From contig OX597838.1 in the NCBI GenBank assembly GCA_951406725.2, positions 34,658,001 through 34,722,000 of the forward strand: DNA of 64,000 bases, in the 5' to 3' direction. The DNA comes from Octopus vulgaris (Eukaryota). Both the position numbers and the translations under genes were made by a program. Below the pieces are notes generated by a model. It saw nothing but the letters and a program-made list of their open reading frames with translations. It was not told the origin of the DNA and did no database searches. This document shows, one piece after another, positions 12,936-27,889 of this stretch; the first letter of the stretch is position 1, and every line of letters begins with the position of its first letter.

Positions 12936-14388
12936 GTTTTTGAGGTGCATATATATGTATTTCATTGATACAAGTTAATGGACAATGCCATGCAAATTTA
13001 TAACTGCATTTAATATACGATCTCCGGTTGTTGAGTCCCATGGAGACAATGACATGTGGCCGAGTCTTTCTGCAGTTTACTGTGCTTGAGAGGAGACTTC
13101 AGGCAAAGTGAAATCATGGTTGTGGTCTGTGTCGGTCGCATGTAAAATGCACCTGTGCTCCTGACATGTAACAGGCACCCGGTACACTCTGTGGAGTGGT
13201 CGGCTTGAGGAAGGGCATCCAACCATAGAAATCAAGATAAACCAGACTGGAGCCTGGCACAGCTCACCAGCTTACCATTTCCCATCAAACCGTCTAACCC
13301 ATGCCAGCATGGAAAATGGATGCTAAATAATTATGATGATGGTGATGATGATGATTTCTTGCACTAACGAATGTTGTTTAATATTTTTTCTGTCTTTAAT
13401 CTTTTACCTGTTTCAGTCATTAGACTATGGCCATGCTGGGGCAGCATCTTGTAAGACTTTTAGTCAAAGGACTCAACCCCAGTACTTAATCTTATTGCGA
13501 AGCCTGGTATTTATTCTATTAGTGTCTTTTGCTGAACTGCTAAGTTGCAATGACATAAACACAACACTAGTTGTCAAGTGGCAGTGGGTGACAAACAGAC
13601 ACAAACATACACACACACATACATGTAATATTGTTTTATTTGTTTCAGTCATTTGACTGTGGCCGTGCTGGAGCACCACCTTCAATTGAGCAAATCAACC
13701 CCTAGGACTTATTCTTTGTAAGCCTAGTACTTATTCTATCAGTCTCTTTTGCCAAAACGCTAAGTTACAGGGACGTAAACACACCAACATCGGTCGTCAA
13801 GTAATGGTGGGGGAACCAGCACAGACACACAAATATGTGTGTGTATGTATGTGTGTGTGTGTGTGTGTGTTTGTTTGTTCCCTACCCACGATCACTTAGT
13901 GGAGGCACATGGCTAGAGCAGCGGACTCGCAGTCGAGGGGTCGTGAGTTTGAATCTCAGACCGGGCAATGTGTGTGTTTATGAGCGAAACACCTAAGGCT
14001 CCACACGGCTCCGGCAGAAGGTAATGGCAAACTTCTGCTGACTCTTTAGCCACAACTTTCTCTCACACTTTCCTCTTGCATCTTGCTGCTCACTGGTGTC
14101 CCGTCCAAGTGAGGAACCTATACACCAAGAAAACCGGGAAATCGGCCCTTACGAGCCAAGTATGGCTCAAGAAGGAACAAACAACCATCACTTGACAACA
14201 GGTGTTGGTGCGTTTACATCTCCGTAAAGTAGCGGTTTGGCAAAGGACACTAGTAGAATAAGTACGGGTTTGAGAAAATAAAATATAAAGTCCTAGGGTC
14301 AACTCATTCGACTTATAAATCCTTCACGGTGGTGCTCCAGCATGGCCGCAATCCAACAACAGAAATGAGTAAAAGATAAAATGTAATG

Positions 14389-15268
14389 GGATCTTTTCGG
14401 TTTGAACGGCAGTTTTTTCTAGCGGTGTCGTATGAAATTGTCACCCATAATTATGACCCTAGTATCGATTTATTGCATTTCGATCTGTTTTAGGGTTAGG
14501 GTTAGGGAAGGGTATCTTTTTTCTTCAGAAATGTAATGGCCGCAGCCTTCGGGCTGAAACATTTTTAAGGATTTAAGGAAACCCAATCTGCTTCTTAAAC
14601 GAGGGACATATTCATACGGCACAGAATGTTTTCACCTCAATAGACGTAATTAATTGGTTGAAATTGCAGAAATTGAAGAAAAAACAACAACAAATATCTT
14701 ACAAACTATAGAATTTTCTCAATAAAGCCAAGAGAAAAAGATGTTGGCGATCTTTCGTCTCTAGTAGACTTTTCCGTCGATTTCCGTAAAAAAAATTTTT
14801 TTTTTTTACATATGGGCTTGCGGGAACTTTTGAAGTAATATACATACATATACACATACACCGAGTAAAAAATATCAGTTATCTCTTTCTTTCACACATT
14901 ACTCTGTCTCTTCACACACACTAACAGAAGCACTTCACTTACACAACATACTGTCTGTATCCCACACCCCATCAAACACACACATACATGTACATCAATG
15001 CTTCCCATGCACGGTAACTTCAAAAGAACTTCCCTCGTCATACAATCGCTTTCTCTTAGTCTCTTTCGCTGTCATTACTTCAAAAGTTCCCGCAAGCCCA
15101 TATGTAAAAAAAAAAATTTTTTTACGGAAATCGACGGAAAGGTCTACTAGAGACGAAAGATTGCCAAGATGTTTTATAAACACATTCTACCAGTATACGA
15201 AGTTTAAAAGTGTTTAGTAACGTGGAAATTATTAAAAAAAAAAACTGCCGTTCAAACCGAAAAGATCC
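14389..15268. mobile_element. Merlin-like MITE (TIR GGATCTTTTCGGTTTGAACGGCAG) carrying a nested MITE
   Basis: 24-bp TIRs at both ends; imperfect 8-bp TSD atgtaatg/atatagtg. Confidence 0.75.
14746..15165. mobile_element. Nested Merlin-like MITE (TIR GGCGATCTTTCGTCTC..., ~90 bp)
   Basis: Perfect 8-bp TSD AAGATGTT at 14738-14745 and 15166-15173. Confidence 0.85.
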
Positions 15269-15366
15269 ATATAGTGAACTACACAGTCTCTCTCTCCACA
15301 TCATTCTTCTTCTTCTTCTTTCACAGTCGCTCACCTAATTGTTTCCGTACGTTTATTTTCTTTCAG

Positions 15367-15459
15367 TGCGAGAAAGACAGAGTAATTCTTACCCTGACGA
15401 AGGAAAACGAAGAATCTTGGGTAGCTTCCCTTGAGAATGGGCTGGAAACGGCAACATAA
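15367..15459 (+). CDS. CS/HSP20-like-fold protein, last coding exon
   Basis: TTTTCTTTCAG acceptor, phase 0; CEKDRVILTLTKENEESWVASLENGLETAT-stop. V.LTLTK...W is the typical CS-domain C-terminal strand motif. Confidence 0.82.
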   Translation, partial: CEKDRVILTLTKENEESWVASLENGLETAT

Positions 15460-15869
15460 GCAGCTTGAATGTCTTAACCAGCGCTGATCGATGGAGGAAC
15501 AGAATACGTCTTATCAAAACTAACTATCCCTAGCTCTGTATATCTATACATATGTATGTAGGTATGCGTGTGTGTGTGTGTGTGTCTGTGTGTGGTAATT
15601 GTTAAGTTTAGTTATATCAAATAAAGATTAAGGGGGAGATAACTAGTAAAGGGACATACATAAGGGTCAACATTAAATACCAGATATTATTTACTTTGGA
15701 ATCGATCAGAATGGCACGTGGAAGAACCCGCGGGAACCACAATTCATTATTCCTGAAATTAAATTGTGAATCAATCCTGCAATGTCACCCAATTAGCCGA
15801 ATCACGAGACAAGATTCTTCAGTGGTTGGCACGGCGTCGACTAATAAATTTATACTCGTGCGAAAATTG

Positions 15870-16429
15870 GGATCTTTTCGGTTTGAACGGCAGTTTTTAA
15901 CAATTTCTAGGTAACTAAAAAATTTTAAACTTCGTATACTGGTAGAATGTGTTTATAAAACATCTTTTTCTCTTGGCTTTCTTGAGAAAATTCTATAGTT
16001 TGTAAGATATTTCGTCTTTAATTTCTTGCATTTCGGCAATTTTAACCAATCACTGACCGTCTATTGAGGTGAGCCTAGTATCGATCTATTCCATTTCAAT
16101 CTATTTTAGATTTAGGGTTAGTTAGAGTTAGGGGTGGGGAAAGGGTATCTTTTTTTTTTTTCACAAATGTAAATAAACCCAATCTGTTTCTTAAACGAGG
16201 GACATATTCATAAGGCACAGAATGTTTACCTAAATGGACGTCAGTGATTGGTTAAAATTGCCGAAATGCAAGAAAATAAAGACGAAATATCTTACAAACT
16301 ATAGACTTTTCTTAAGAAAGCCAAGAGAAAATGATGTTTTATAAACACATTCTACCAGTATACGAAGTTTAACATTTTTTAGTTACCTAGAAATTATGTT
16401 AAAAACTGCCGTTCAAACGGAAAAGATCC
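15870..16429. mobile_element. Merlin-like foldback MITE
   Basis: GGATCTTTTC TIRs with long inverted arms; perfect 8-bp TSD GAAAATTG at 15862-15869 and 16430-16437. Confidence 0.85.
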
Positions 16430-16543
16430 GAAAATTGTAATTCGCCACGTTACCTACTACAGTATTTTTTTTTTTTTTTTTTTTAACAGTAAGCTAACTT
16501 ATGTATGGCCCTTTACTAGCTATCTCTCCCTTAAAGTTTATTT

Positions 16544-16701
16544 GGCGGTCCTATACAAGGACGATGTTGGTGTTGTTTAAGCCCCAGAAAAAACGACTTT
16601 TCCAGCTGGCTATCAACACAAAGCCTGCTGGTAACCAGCTGGAAAAGATATCTTCCTGGGGGGCTTAATCAACACCAACATCGTCCTTGTATAGGACCGC
16701 C
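16544..16701. mobile_element. Hairpin MITE (GGCGGTCCTATACAAGG...CCTTGTATAGGACCGCC)
   Basis: Near-perfect ~45-bp terminal inverted repeat. Confidence 0.7.
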
Positions 16702-17519
16702 GCATTCTGTTAGCAAATAAACTTTACTATTCAGGACTGTTACTGTAAATCCCTCGCTGTGAGATTTAAAACAAGTTGTTTTTCTGCCTCTCTATCTAAC
16801 TCTCTCTCTATATATACACGCATTTTTTTCTCTCCTTGTTTCTTTTCTGTGTATCTTTCTGTAGAAGAGCGTAGGCTCGAAACATAAAAGACTTGTTCTA
16901 TTTCTATTCCTGAGCGCCATTCTAATACAATTGTTTGTTTGTACTCCACCTGCCTTCGTCTTTTGTTTATTTTCGTAAACCTTCCCGTTATATATATAAC
17001 TATCTCAAGCTCTGTATGTTTATATACATTTTTATACATAAATGTGTGTGCGTGGTGTCTTTGCTGATTTTACTAAGTATTGCTGCTGAATATTGCTGAC
17101 ATTTATGGTTATAGCACTTCAAATTATATCTTGTTATCTGAAGACATTTATAAACATTATAAACAGTATTTCTGACAGAGTTTCGATCTTGTATATTCTT
17201 CTCCAACACTGCCCTATCAGTGCTTATTGCTTTTCTTAAAACCCAGTATTCTGTTACTGGTCTGAAATTTCAGTGCTAGTATAGTATGTCGTTTACCACG
17301 GTGTCAAACAGGGGTATCTACCTTATCTTTCAGATATTTCCAGGTATTTCAGAGATAAAACACTTCAGATATTTCAGAGATCAATTAAAAAAAAAATTTT
17401 TTTTTAGAATCATAGTTTTAGCATCTAAACACGATCACCGAATGGCCCGAGTGTCTCTGCTCCGGTGTCACATAAAATCCGATGGCATTTAAATTATTAT
17501 AAACGGGTCACTTACCTGA

Positions 17520-18000
17520 ATGAATTAGTGAACCTTTTTCACATTCTCTTTCAATATAATTAGGCTCAGACTGTTCCCGTCACGCCGTTCCACACAAAAG
17601 CATCAACAGTCTGAGCCTTGTTTGAGACCAAAAACTCACGGCCCATCAATTCCACATCCATGGTTCCTGTTGTTTCCTTGTTCTGCATCATTGTCTTCGA
17701 AGAGAGGAGCATTGTCGCCATTCAGCATCCTTCCTCAATTGTATTTTCATCCAGCTAAATAGGGTTATCTCTTGTTCCAACCATCTTCCCTCGTCGTTCA
17801 TGAAAAACTATGCCCCCCCCACCGCGGCACATATTGTACCAAGCCTGTTATTGTATTTTTTCAGATTTTCCTGTCAGAGCCACTGCTGTGGTTATGGGTA
17901 TATGCAAGACAAAGAAAAATATTAGTTCTGAAATCTCACTTAGGCTCAGCTTGCAGCTTAATTTGTTGCTAGTGTCCGTAAAATGGTAAAATCGGTTTCC
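17520..18000 (-). pseudogene. Merlin (IS1016/IS1595-like) transposase relic
   Basis: Manual translation YLAG*KYN*GRMLNGD...NNRNHGCGIDGP*VFGLKQGSDC*CFCVERRD matches the RKYNRGR...GPWVFG Merlin motif with stops at R/W codons. Confidence 0.75.
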
Positions 18001-21000
18001 TTGACAAACGGAACGTTCAAGGTAGATAACCCTGCCTATACTGTTTGACAACGTGGAAGACCGCATAACTATTATAGCACCGAAATTTCTCTCTATTACT
18101 CATGTTTATAAATATTTCTATATCTCTTTTATCTTTTACATGTTTCAGTCATTAGACTGCGGCCATGCTGGAGCACCACATCAAAGGATTTTCAGTCAAG
18201 TGAATCAATCCCAATACTTTTATTTTTTAAGCCTAGTACTTATTCTATTAGTCTCCTTTGCGGAATGGTTAAATTACAGGGACGTAACTGCACCAACACC
18301 GGTTGTCAACTGGTCAGTGGGGACATATACAAACAGATACATACATACATACATACACGCACACATCGATCTTCTTTGAGTTTACCAAATCCACTCACAT
18401 GGTTTCGGTTGACCCCAGGGTATAGTAGAAGGCACTTGCCTGGCCACTTGTCTTGAAGGGCTTTAGTTGAACGAATCAACCCCGGTACTTATTCTATTGG
18501 TCTTTTACACCGAACTGCCAAGTTACAGGAATGCAAACAAACCAACACCGGCTGTCAAACAGTGGTGGAGGACTAATGAACAGACATACACATATGTATA
18601 GACACGCAGAGGCTTCTTTCAGTTTCTGGCTACTAAATCTACTCTCAAAGTTTTGGTAGGGCCTGGGGCTATAGTAGAAGACACTTGCTCAAGGTGCCAT
18701 GCAGTAGGACTGAACCCTGAAACCTGTGATTGGAAATCATACTTTTATGCCTCTATCATACAGTTATGCCTCTATCTATTTGTCTGTCTATGTATGTGTA
18801 TCATCATCATCATCATTTAACGTCCGCTTTCCTTGCTAGCATGGGTTGGACGGTTCAACTGGAGTCTGGGAAGCCAGAAGGCTGCACAAGGCCCAGTCTG
18901 ATCTGGCAGTGTTTCTACAGCTGGATGCCCTTCCTAACGCCAACCACTCCATGAGTGTATGTGTGTGTATATATATATATATATATATACATATAATTAT
19001 ATACACACACGCAGTAGTAATTTCTCTTAGTATTATTAACCTTCTTTAGGGTGGTGAGCTGGCAGAATCGTTAGCACACCGGGCAATATGGTTATCGGTA
19101 TTTCATGTCTTTACATTCTGAGTTCAAATTCCGCCGAGGTCGACTTTGCCTTTAATCCTTTCGGGGGGTCAATAAATTAAGTACCAGTTGCATACTGGGG
19201 TTGATCTCATTGACTGGTCCCCCCACCCCATCCCCGAATTTCGGGCTCCGTGCCTAGAGTAGAAAAGAGTATTATTAACCTTTTTATATCTATTTCTGCT
19301 TTGCCTTTCAGCCTTCTGGCATTGGTTAAATAGATTGACCCCAATACTAATCAAGTACTGGGGTCAACGTCAGTTATTGTTCCTTCCTCTGTAAATTTTT
19401 AGCTTTACAAAATACCTTGTGGTATTTGCTCTAGGGTTGATAGAATAAAGTACTAGTTCAGTATTGAAATCAATGGAATTCACTAACCCCTTGGCTTGGA
19501 TAAGTGTCCCAAAGCAAGTGATATACTGTCACTAAATTCAATCTGCTGTGTTGGTTTATTTCTTGAGGAAGTAATTTCATTTCTCTAGTGAAATATATGA
19601 CCATCATTATATGGACTCCTATTTCCTTGTCAAACAAAATCTTTAATATTTGTCATTTCAAGACTTCATTAATATCTTTCCAAATTGATTGCGAATTATA
19701 ATTACTTGCTCACGATCAAAAAAAAAAAAAAAAAATTCAATTTCCTATAAAATCAATTCTTCCATATGCATGTACACACACACACACACATACACATAGG
19801 CATACCTCTTCTTACGCCATTTCGAGATACATCTTTTTTCAATGCAACCCCAATCTGAAGACGGATTATAGGGACGTAAACACACCAACACCGGTTGTCA
19901 ACTGGTCAGTGGGGACATATACAAACATAGATACATACATACATACATACACGCACACACATTGATCTTCTTTGAGTTTACCAAATCCACTCACAAGGTT
20001 TCGGTCGACCCAAGGCTATAGTAGAAGGCACTCGCCTGGCCATGCTGGGCCACTTGCACCCTGAACCATGTGATTGGAAATCACGCGGGTTCTTTCTTTT
20101 TTTTTTTTTTTAAAGAAATTAACAAAAAAAAAAATGGAAAAATAAACCCCAATCTCAGTTCATTTATCCGACTTTATGTTGATCTCAGCGAACATATCTA
20201 AAGGTATATCAATATAACATCTAAAATACCTGTGCTGAAAAGGCAAATGGAATAAAATACATTTATTAAAACTAATTTATTAAAGCTAATAAATTTTTTT
20301 AATGTTTTTTTGTTTGTGTTACGTTGTCTTTTGAAATAAGGTTCATGTATGTTGAGGCATGGCTGTATATGTATGCGTGTGACTGGAGACGTCTTATTGC
20401 CTGAGCAATTTGGAGTAACAAATTATAAAACTACAAATAATATATAATATTATATACATACATATATACATCATACCCATCTATTTAGAAATAAAACTGT
20501 TGTTATTTTATCAAATTGTAATTTTGTTCTTTGTTTTCAATTTGTTATTGTTTTGTAATTACAGTGTAACAAAATTAAAATTTTGTATATGTCTTTAGTG
20601 TTATTTTCTATTTGCTTCTATCTAGAAATCAAAGGAAATGACTACTATTCCCTTCACCCTTTGCTTTTGTGACCTAGACATCTATGTTTTGAAACAGATC
20701 TCTTTTCCATTACATATCAGATTCAGCACTGAGTTGCTGAAGCAGAAATATCCTTATAGGTGAGATTAAGGTTTATTAAGGTGGCGACCTGGCAGAAACA
20801 TTGGCATGCCGGGCGAAATGCTTAGCGGTATTTCGCCCGTTGCTACATTCTGAGTTCAAATTACGCTGAGGTCAACTTTGCCTTTCATCCTTTCGGAGTT
20901 GATAAATTAAGTACCAGTTACGCACTGGGATCGATGTAATCGACTCAATCCCTTTGTCTGTCCTTGTTTGTCCCCTCTATGTTTAGCCCCTTGTGGGCAA

Positions 21001-22329
21001 TAAAGAAATAAGAAATAACCTTATAGTAAATATTCTGCTCAATACCACAGATTTGCTTGTCAGCTGCTTGATCCTGACCACATGAGATGAGCAGTAATAG
21101 TGTGGGGGGGGGCATCATAGCCATGTGTTGAGAGGGACTCTATATAACAAAATTTTGAAGGAAATCATCATCATCATCGTTTAATGTCCATTTTCTGCGC
21201 TAGCATGGGTTGGGCAGTTCGACCGGGGTCTGGGAAGCCAGGAGGCTGCATCAGGCTCCGGTCTTATCTGGCAGTGTTTCTACAGCTGGATGCCCTTCCT
21301 AATGCCAACCACTTCGTGAGTGTAGTGGGTGCTTTTTCACGTGCCACCGGCACAGGGGCCAGGGGAGTCTGGCAGCGGCCACGATCGGTTGGTGCTTTTA
21401 ACATGCTACCGGCACGGAAGCCAGTCAGCTTTCTAGGGGTAAGCAAATAGGAAATGACAGCTGCTACCCAAGGACAAATGTTGGGTTACACAGGGTTATT
21501 TGTGATGTAAATAAAGTTTAACTATTGAGCACATTGGTGATCAAGCAACACATAACTGCTGCAGCCTCTGGCTCAGTCTGGTGGACAAAACAGATTCCAG
21601 CTATGAAAATCAATGAGTATTAAAAGGCTGAGGAGGAGTTCATTTCCGGGCCCTGTGCCTTGAGTAGAAAAGAGTATCATTAACCTTTTTATATCTGTTT
21701 CCGCTTTGCCTTTCAACCAGCCCCTGTGCTGGTGGCACGTAAAAAGCACCCACTACACTCACAGCGTGGTTGGCATTAGGAAGGGCATCCAGCTGTAGAA
21801 ACACTGCCAGATCAGACTGGAGCCTGGTGCAGCCTCCTGGCTTCCCAGACCCCAGTCGAACCGCCCAACCCATGCTAGCATGGAGAACGGATGTTAAACG
21901 ATGATGATGATGATGATATATATATATATATAGTAACAGAAAAGGAGTCCATATAATGATGGTCATATATTTCACAAGAGAAGTGAAATTACTTCTTCAA
22001 GAAATAAACCAACACAGCAGATTGAATTTAGTGACAGTATATCACTTGCTTTGGGACACTTATCCAAGCCAAGGCCATGAACGGCTGGGGCTTTTTATGT
22101 GCCACTGGCATTGGCCACATTCGGATGGTGCTTTTGTGCATTTTATGTGCCACCGGCATGGATATCACAACTACAATTTCCATATATATTTTGTCAAACA
22201 AAATCCTTAATATTTGTCATTTCAAGACTTCATTAATATTAATTGGTAGTGATAGTGATGGAGAATTATGTTCCAAAATCTTATTTTCTCTAATGCTAGT
22301 CATACGTATCAATTAGAATTTTTTCAATC

Positions 22330-22550
22330 CTTCTCCCAACAGTGGGATTTTCTAGTTTCCCTATTATCTTGTTTCAGTGTAAGGTTGAGGTCACCATCTT
22401 CTAATCTATGTTGTGTGGTGTATTCTTCACCTGGAAAGGTTTTTATATTCACATTAGCACCTCTGCTCTGTTTCCCAGTGAGAATGTAATCTATCTGACT
22501 CGTGTCTTCTCCAGATTGGTAGATGATGTGATTGGTTGGCTTCCTAAAGT
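22330..22550 (-). mobile_element. RTE-like LINE endonuclease fragment
   Basis: FRKPTNHIIYQSG..TSQIDYIL...KTFPGEEYTTQHRL, an APE endonuclease C-terminal motif. Confidence 0.7.
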
Positions 22551-23529
22551 GGAGAGAGAATAAAGCTTGAAATGAAATGACAGGGCAAGGGTTATGAATG
22601 AAGTTTGTGTTTGTGTGAGAGAGAGAGAGAGAGAAGAAACAAAGACTGAAGGGAGGAAGGGGACACACACACACACTCGCTGATCAACAGAGAGAGGAAG
22701 GAAGAAGTCATGCCATTTTAATCTACCTTTTGTCTTTGAGACAACACACACATACACACACACACACACACACAAATACAATTTATGTATCAAAATATAA
22801 ATACGAACATTATAAAACATGGAATTTCCACAAATTCCATTAGTTTATTGTGATTCGGAAAATAATTTGTGTTTCATTGTTTGAAGTAAATCTTCTTCGT
22901 TAGTATTTCTTGATTACATTTTTTAATGTCCTGATTTCTTCTTTTTCTTTCTCTTCCATGCTCCTCTCGACTTTTCCCTCTGCCCTTTCCTAGGTCTTTA
23001 TGGGGGCTGTCGTCAGGGAGCGCCAGATCCAATATGTGTTTTGTCAAGGGGAACATACTGGAGATATACTCTACAAAACATGAAGCACGAAAGAAAAAAA
23101 AACCGAAGAAAAAAATGAATAAAAACAATAACCCTTTGTTTATTAGTCACAAGGGCACATACGATATAAAATGTGTTATATGTAAGATGAGGTGGCAAAA
23201 TATTTGGGTGGGTTGTTATGTAGTAGGTAGGTAAATAGAGCTGACCCCAAGTCTTGTGAGTGAGTTTGGTAGACTAATTTAAAATAAGCTCATCGTAAGT
23301 ATATATATATATATATATATCATTGCACACATACACACACACACGCACACGCAGACCTTCGCGCACGCACATATCTACACTTACACACACATACCTCCTC
23401 TTGCACTCTTCTGTCTTTGAAAGAACTTTTCTTCACCCATTTCCTTCTGGTCATTCAAGATGTGACCACGTGTGTATCGTTGGCGATTTTTTCCCTCTGT
23501 CTTTCCTTCTCCTATGTTTCCGACAACCA

Positions 23530-24490
<961 letters not shown>

Positions 24491-24559
24491 ACGTCCATGA
24501 TCAATGCCAGACCCGTAAAAAGCGCATCTAGTTGGAGAAACATTGCCAGATCAGATTGG

Positions 24560-25120
24560 AATAGTGAGTGGTGTTACACAGGGTACTGTCTTGGGATCAC
24601 TGCTTTTCATAGTGTCCCTCACAGATATACCTATTCCTTTATTACCCACAAGGAGATAAACATAGAGGGGACAGACATAGGTATTAAGTCGATTACATCG
24701 ACCCCAGTGCGTAACTGGTACTTCATTTATCGACCCCGAAAGGGTCAAAGGCAAAGTCGACCTCGGCAGAATTTGAACTCACAACATAACGGCAGACGAA
24801 TCACGGCTACGCATTTCGCCCGGCATGCTAACGTTTCTGCCAGCTCACAGATATACCCTCAGCTGCCTGGATAGCCACCCTTGCTAGCTACACAGACGAT
24901 ATGAAAGTTTCACAGAAAATACAGAACTCCAGTGATGTTGCACACCTGCATCAGGTGTTGGACTCAACTTACAGATGGGCCGAGGATAATAATATGCAGT
25001 TTAATGCTGAAAAAAATTCCAAACCTTGCACCACCAGTGACCAAAACTGAATATAAAACTTACAGGGTACACTGGTCCACAGGGGATTATAATCCTAGAG
25101 CCTAAATCAGTGAGGGACCT
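24560..25120 (+). mobile_element. CR1/L2-group LINE RT fragment interrupted by a SINE
   Basis: [15 protein letters not shown]..|..SYTDDMKVSQKI..LHQVLDSTYRWAEDNNMQFNAEK. SINE B (24632-24843) is flanked by CTCACAGATATACC at 24618-24631 and 24844-24857. Confidence 0.8.
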
Positions 25121-27331
25121 GTCTCTAATTCGCCCTACCTCCTTCCTATCCTGCCCCGTTTTTCCCTCTTTCCTTCTCTGTCTCCATTTCCATCTCTCCA
25201 CCCACTCCCTGGGCTCTACTAGGTTTTTCAAAAAATGACCAAGATTTGTCACATGTCCCAATGACACACCTATATTAACACCACAGGGGTTGAAGGCCCA
25301 ACTATAAATACTACCAGTCTTTATATCAAGGGCAAACATTAACCCTTTAGTATTCAGATTACTCTGTGAAATGCAATGCTTATATATTCACATTGGTTTG
25401 AAACTCTGCCAGATCAAGATTGGAGCCTGGTGCAGCCATCTGGTTCGCTAGTCCTCAGTCAAATTGTCCGACCCATGCTAGCATGGAAAGCAGACGTTAA
25501 ACAATGATGATGATGATGGTGGTGGTGGTGATGATCGTCGTCGTCATCTTCTTCTTCTTCGTCGTCGTTGTCATCGTCGTCATCGTCATCATCATCGTCA
25601 TCACCATCTGGCCAGTTTGAACATAAGACAGGTAGAAAATTTTAGGCTGGATACAGCCAGTTTAACCCTTTCGTTACCATATTTCTGTTGAGATGTTCTG
25701 TGTTTCTTTCAATTTATTTTAAATATAACAAAGAATTTAGTAAAATAACTTAGTTATCATTAAACTGGAGTTAGGAAAATAAATTGTGACTAAAGTTTGG
25801 TGGAAGATTTTAATTCAGAACTTTTGAAAACAAGAAATTTGTACTAGAAAGCCAGATACCAACCTACCTGTTTCAGGTAGGGTTGGTATCAAAATGGTTA
25901 AGCAGAAAGCTGCAATCACTCACCTTTCCTTAGGCAGAGATAGGTTGTGACTGAGGTAGTCCACCATGACCCGTGTGTACTTAGGTGTTGTAGAAGCAGT
26001 AATCACATCGATAGCTCGTATCTCCAAGAAGGCTGCAGGATCGTAGCTACCAGCACGACAAAAGGCCAAGTCACTATGCACAATGACACTCATTTTCTGA
26101 AGAGAAAAAAAGATGACATAACACGTGACAATACTTCAAATGCTTAAGCATGTATGCATACACGAACACATGCACATACAAGGGAAGGGGTGTGCTGAAA
26201 AGTTCCTGGCTTTACTCTTTACTCTCTTTTACTCGTTTCAGTCATTTGACTGCGGCCATGCTGGAGCACCGCCTTTAGTCGAGCAAATCGACCCCGGGAC
26301 TTATTCTTTGTAAGCCCAGTACTTATTCTATCGGTCTATTTTGCTGAACCGCTAAGTGACGGGGACGTAAACACACCAGCATCGGTTGTCAAGCAATGCT
26401 AGGGGGACAAACACACACACACACAAACACACACACATACACATATATATACATATATACGACAGGCTTCTTTCAGTTTCCGTCTACCAAATCCACTCAC
26501 AAGGCATTGGTCGGCCCGGGGCTATAGCAGAAGACACTTGCCCAAGATGCCACGCAGTGGGACTGAACCCGGAACCATGTGGCTGGTTAGCAAGCTACTT
26601 ACCACACAGCCACTCCTGCACTTTGGGTAAAAAAAAAATACAGGAGAATCAGTTAATTATGATTTTATTCAACATATTCCCCTCGGTAATTCACACGCTT
26701 ATTGTAGCCATTCTTCAGCTTTTCTAAGCCCTGTAAATAGGACCTAAAAGGCTGGGCCTCCAACCAGGCCTTTTGTGATACCCTTAAAGCAAGGAACTTT
26801 TTAGTACCCTCAGTATATCTATATCTATAAAACAGTCCTTGACGAAAATTGTATGCACATTTTGCTTTGACGGTTAATGGTGGCCAAACCGAGGCTAGGA
26901 TCGAGCTGAAAATTGGCAGGGATACTAAATGCGTGGTGACGATGCGACCCGCGATGGTTAAAATTCGCAAGCTATAAGGATGTGGTTGCTATGGCAAAAA
27001 GAGTGATTTTTTATTGATTCAAGGGGGCCCAGAACCCCTCTAGGTTTGTGCGATTGGCTTTTAATGCCCAGCGGCATGCACTGCAGGTTGTTGTGCTTAA
27101 TAAATATACATTTTGTCGCAAAATTCCGGCTACTAGGAAAAAAATTTTTCATTGTGAAAAAACAAGTGCTTATTGTCTTCATTTTCTTTTTAATTTTTAA
27201 TAAAATTTTCGTTTTTTCTTAAATTCCTCATCTTTAAAATGTGGCTCGAGTAGACCTGAATGAAATCAGGGTGAACCGTTGGCGATTTTTTTTTCCTCTG
27301 TCTTCCCTTCTCTGGATCTTTCCTTCTCCTA

Positions 27332-27368
27332 TGTTTCTGACGAAGAGCTCCGCTCGAAACGTTAAACC
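27332..27368 (+). ncRNA. Hammerhead-like motif in a Penelope-type repeat
   Basis: GUUU-CUGACGA(A)-GAGC-UCC-GCUC-GAAAC-GUU-AAAC; one extra A before stem II. Confidence 0.4.
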
Positions 27369-27830
27369 CTCCTTCTTTCCTGAGCGTCCAATAATACTAT
27401 ATTTGTTCCACGTCCTCGCGTTGTTGTGTTTTTTTGTGCTTTCTTGTTTGGATTAACTTTATAATACTAGTATATATATATAACATATATATGAGAAGGT
27501 GTTAAAAAGTTCCTGGCTTTGCATAAAAGAAAATACAGAGTGCAGATATGAACAGCACATGGGAACCGGTATTAAGGAAGGATAGGAGAATATTAGATTT
27601 ATAATTATGGTTTTATTCAACATCTTCCTCTCTCAGATTCACACACTTACTGTAGTGGTCCTTGAGTTTTTCTAAGCCCTGTAAAAGAACTTGGTAGGTT
27701 GGGCCTTGAATTAGGCTTTTCACAATATTGTTAAAGCCAAGCACTTTTCAGAACCCACTTCTATATATTAAGTATATGTAGACAAATATACATACAGACA
27801 TATATTTATGTATGTATATATATGTGTGTA

Positions 27831-27889
<59 letters not shown>

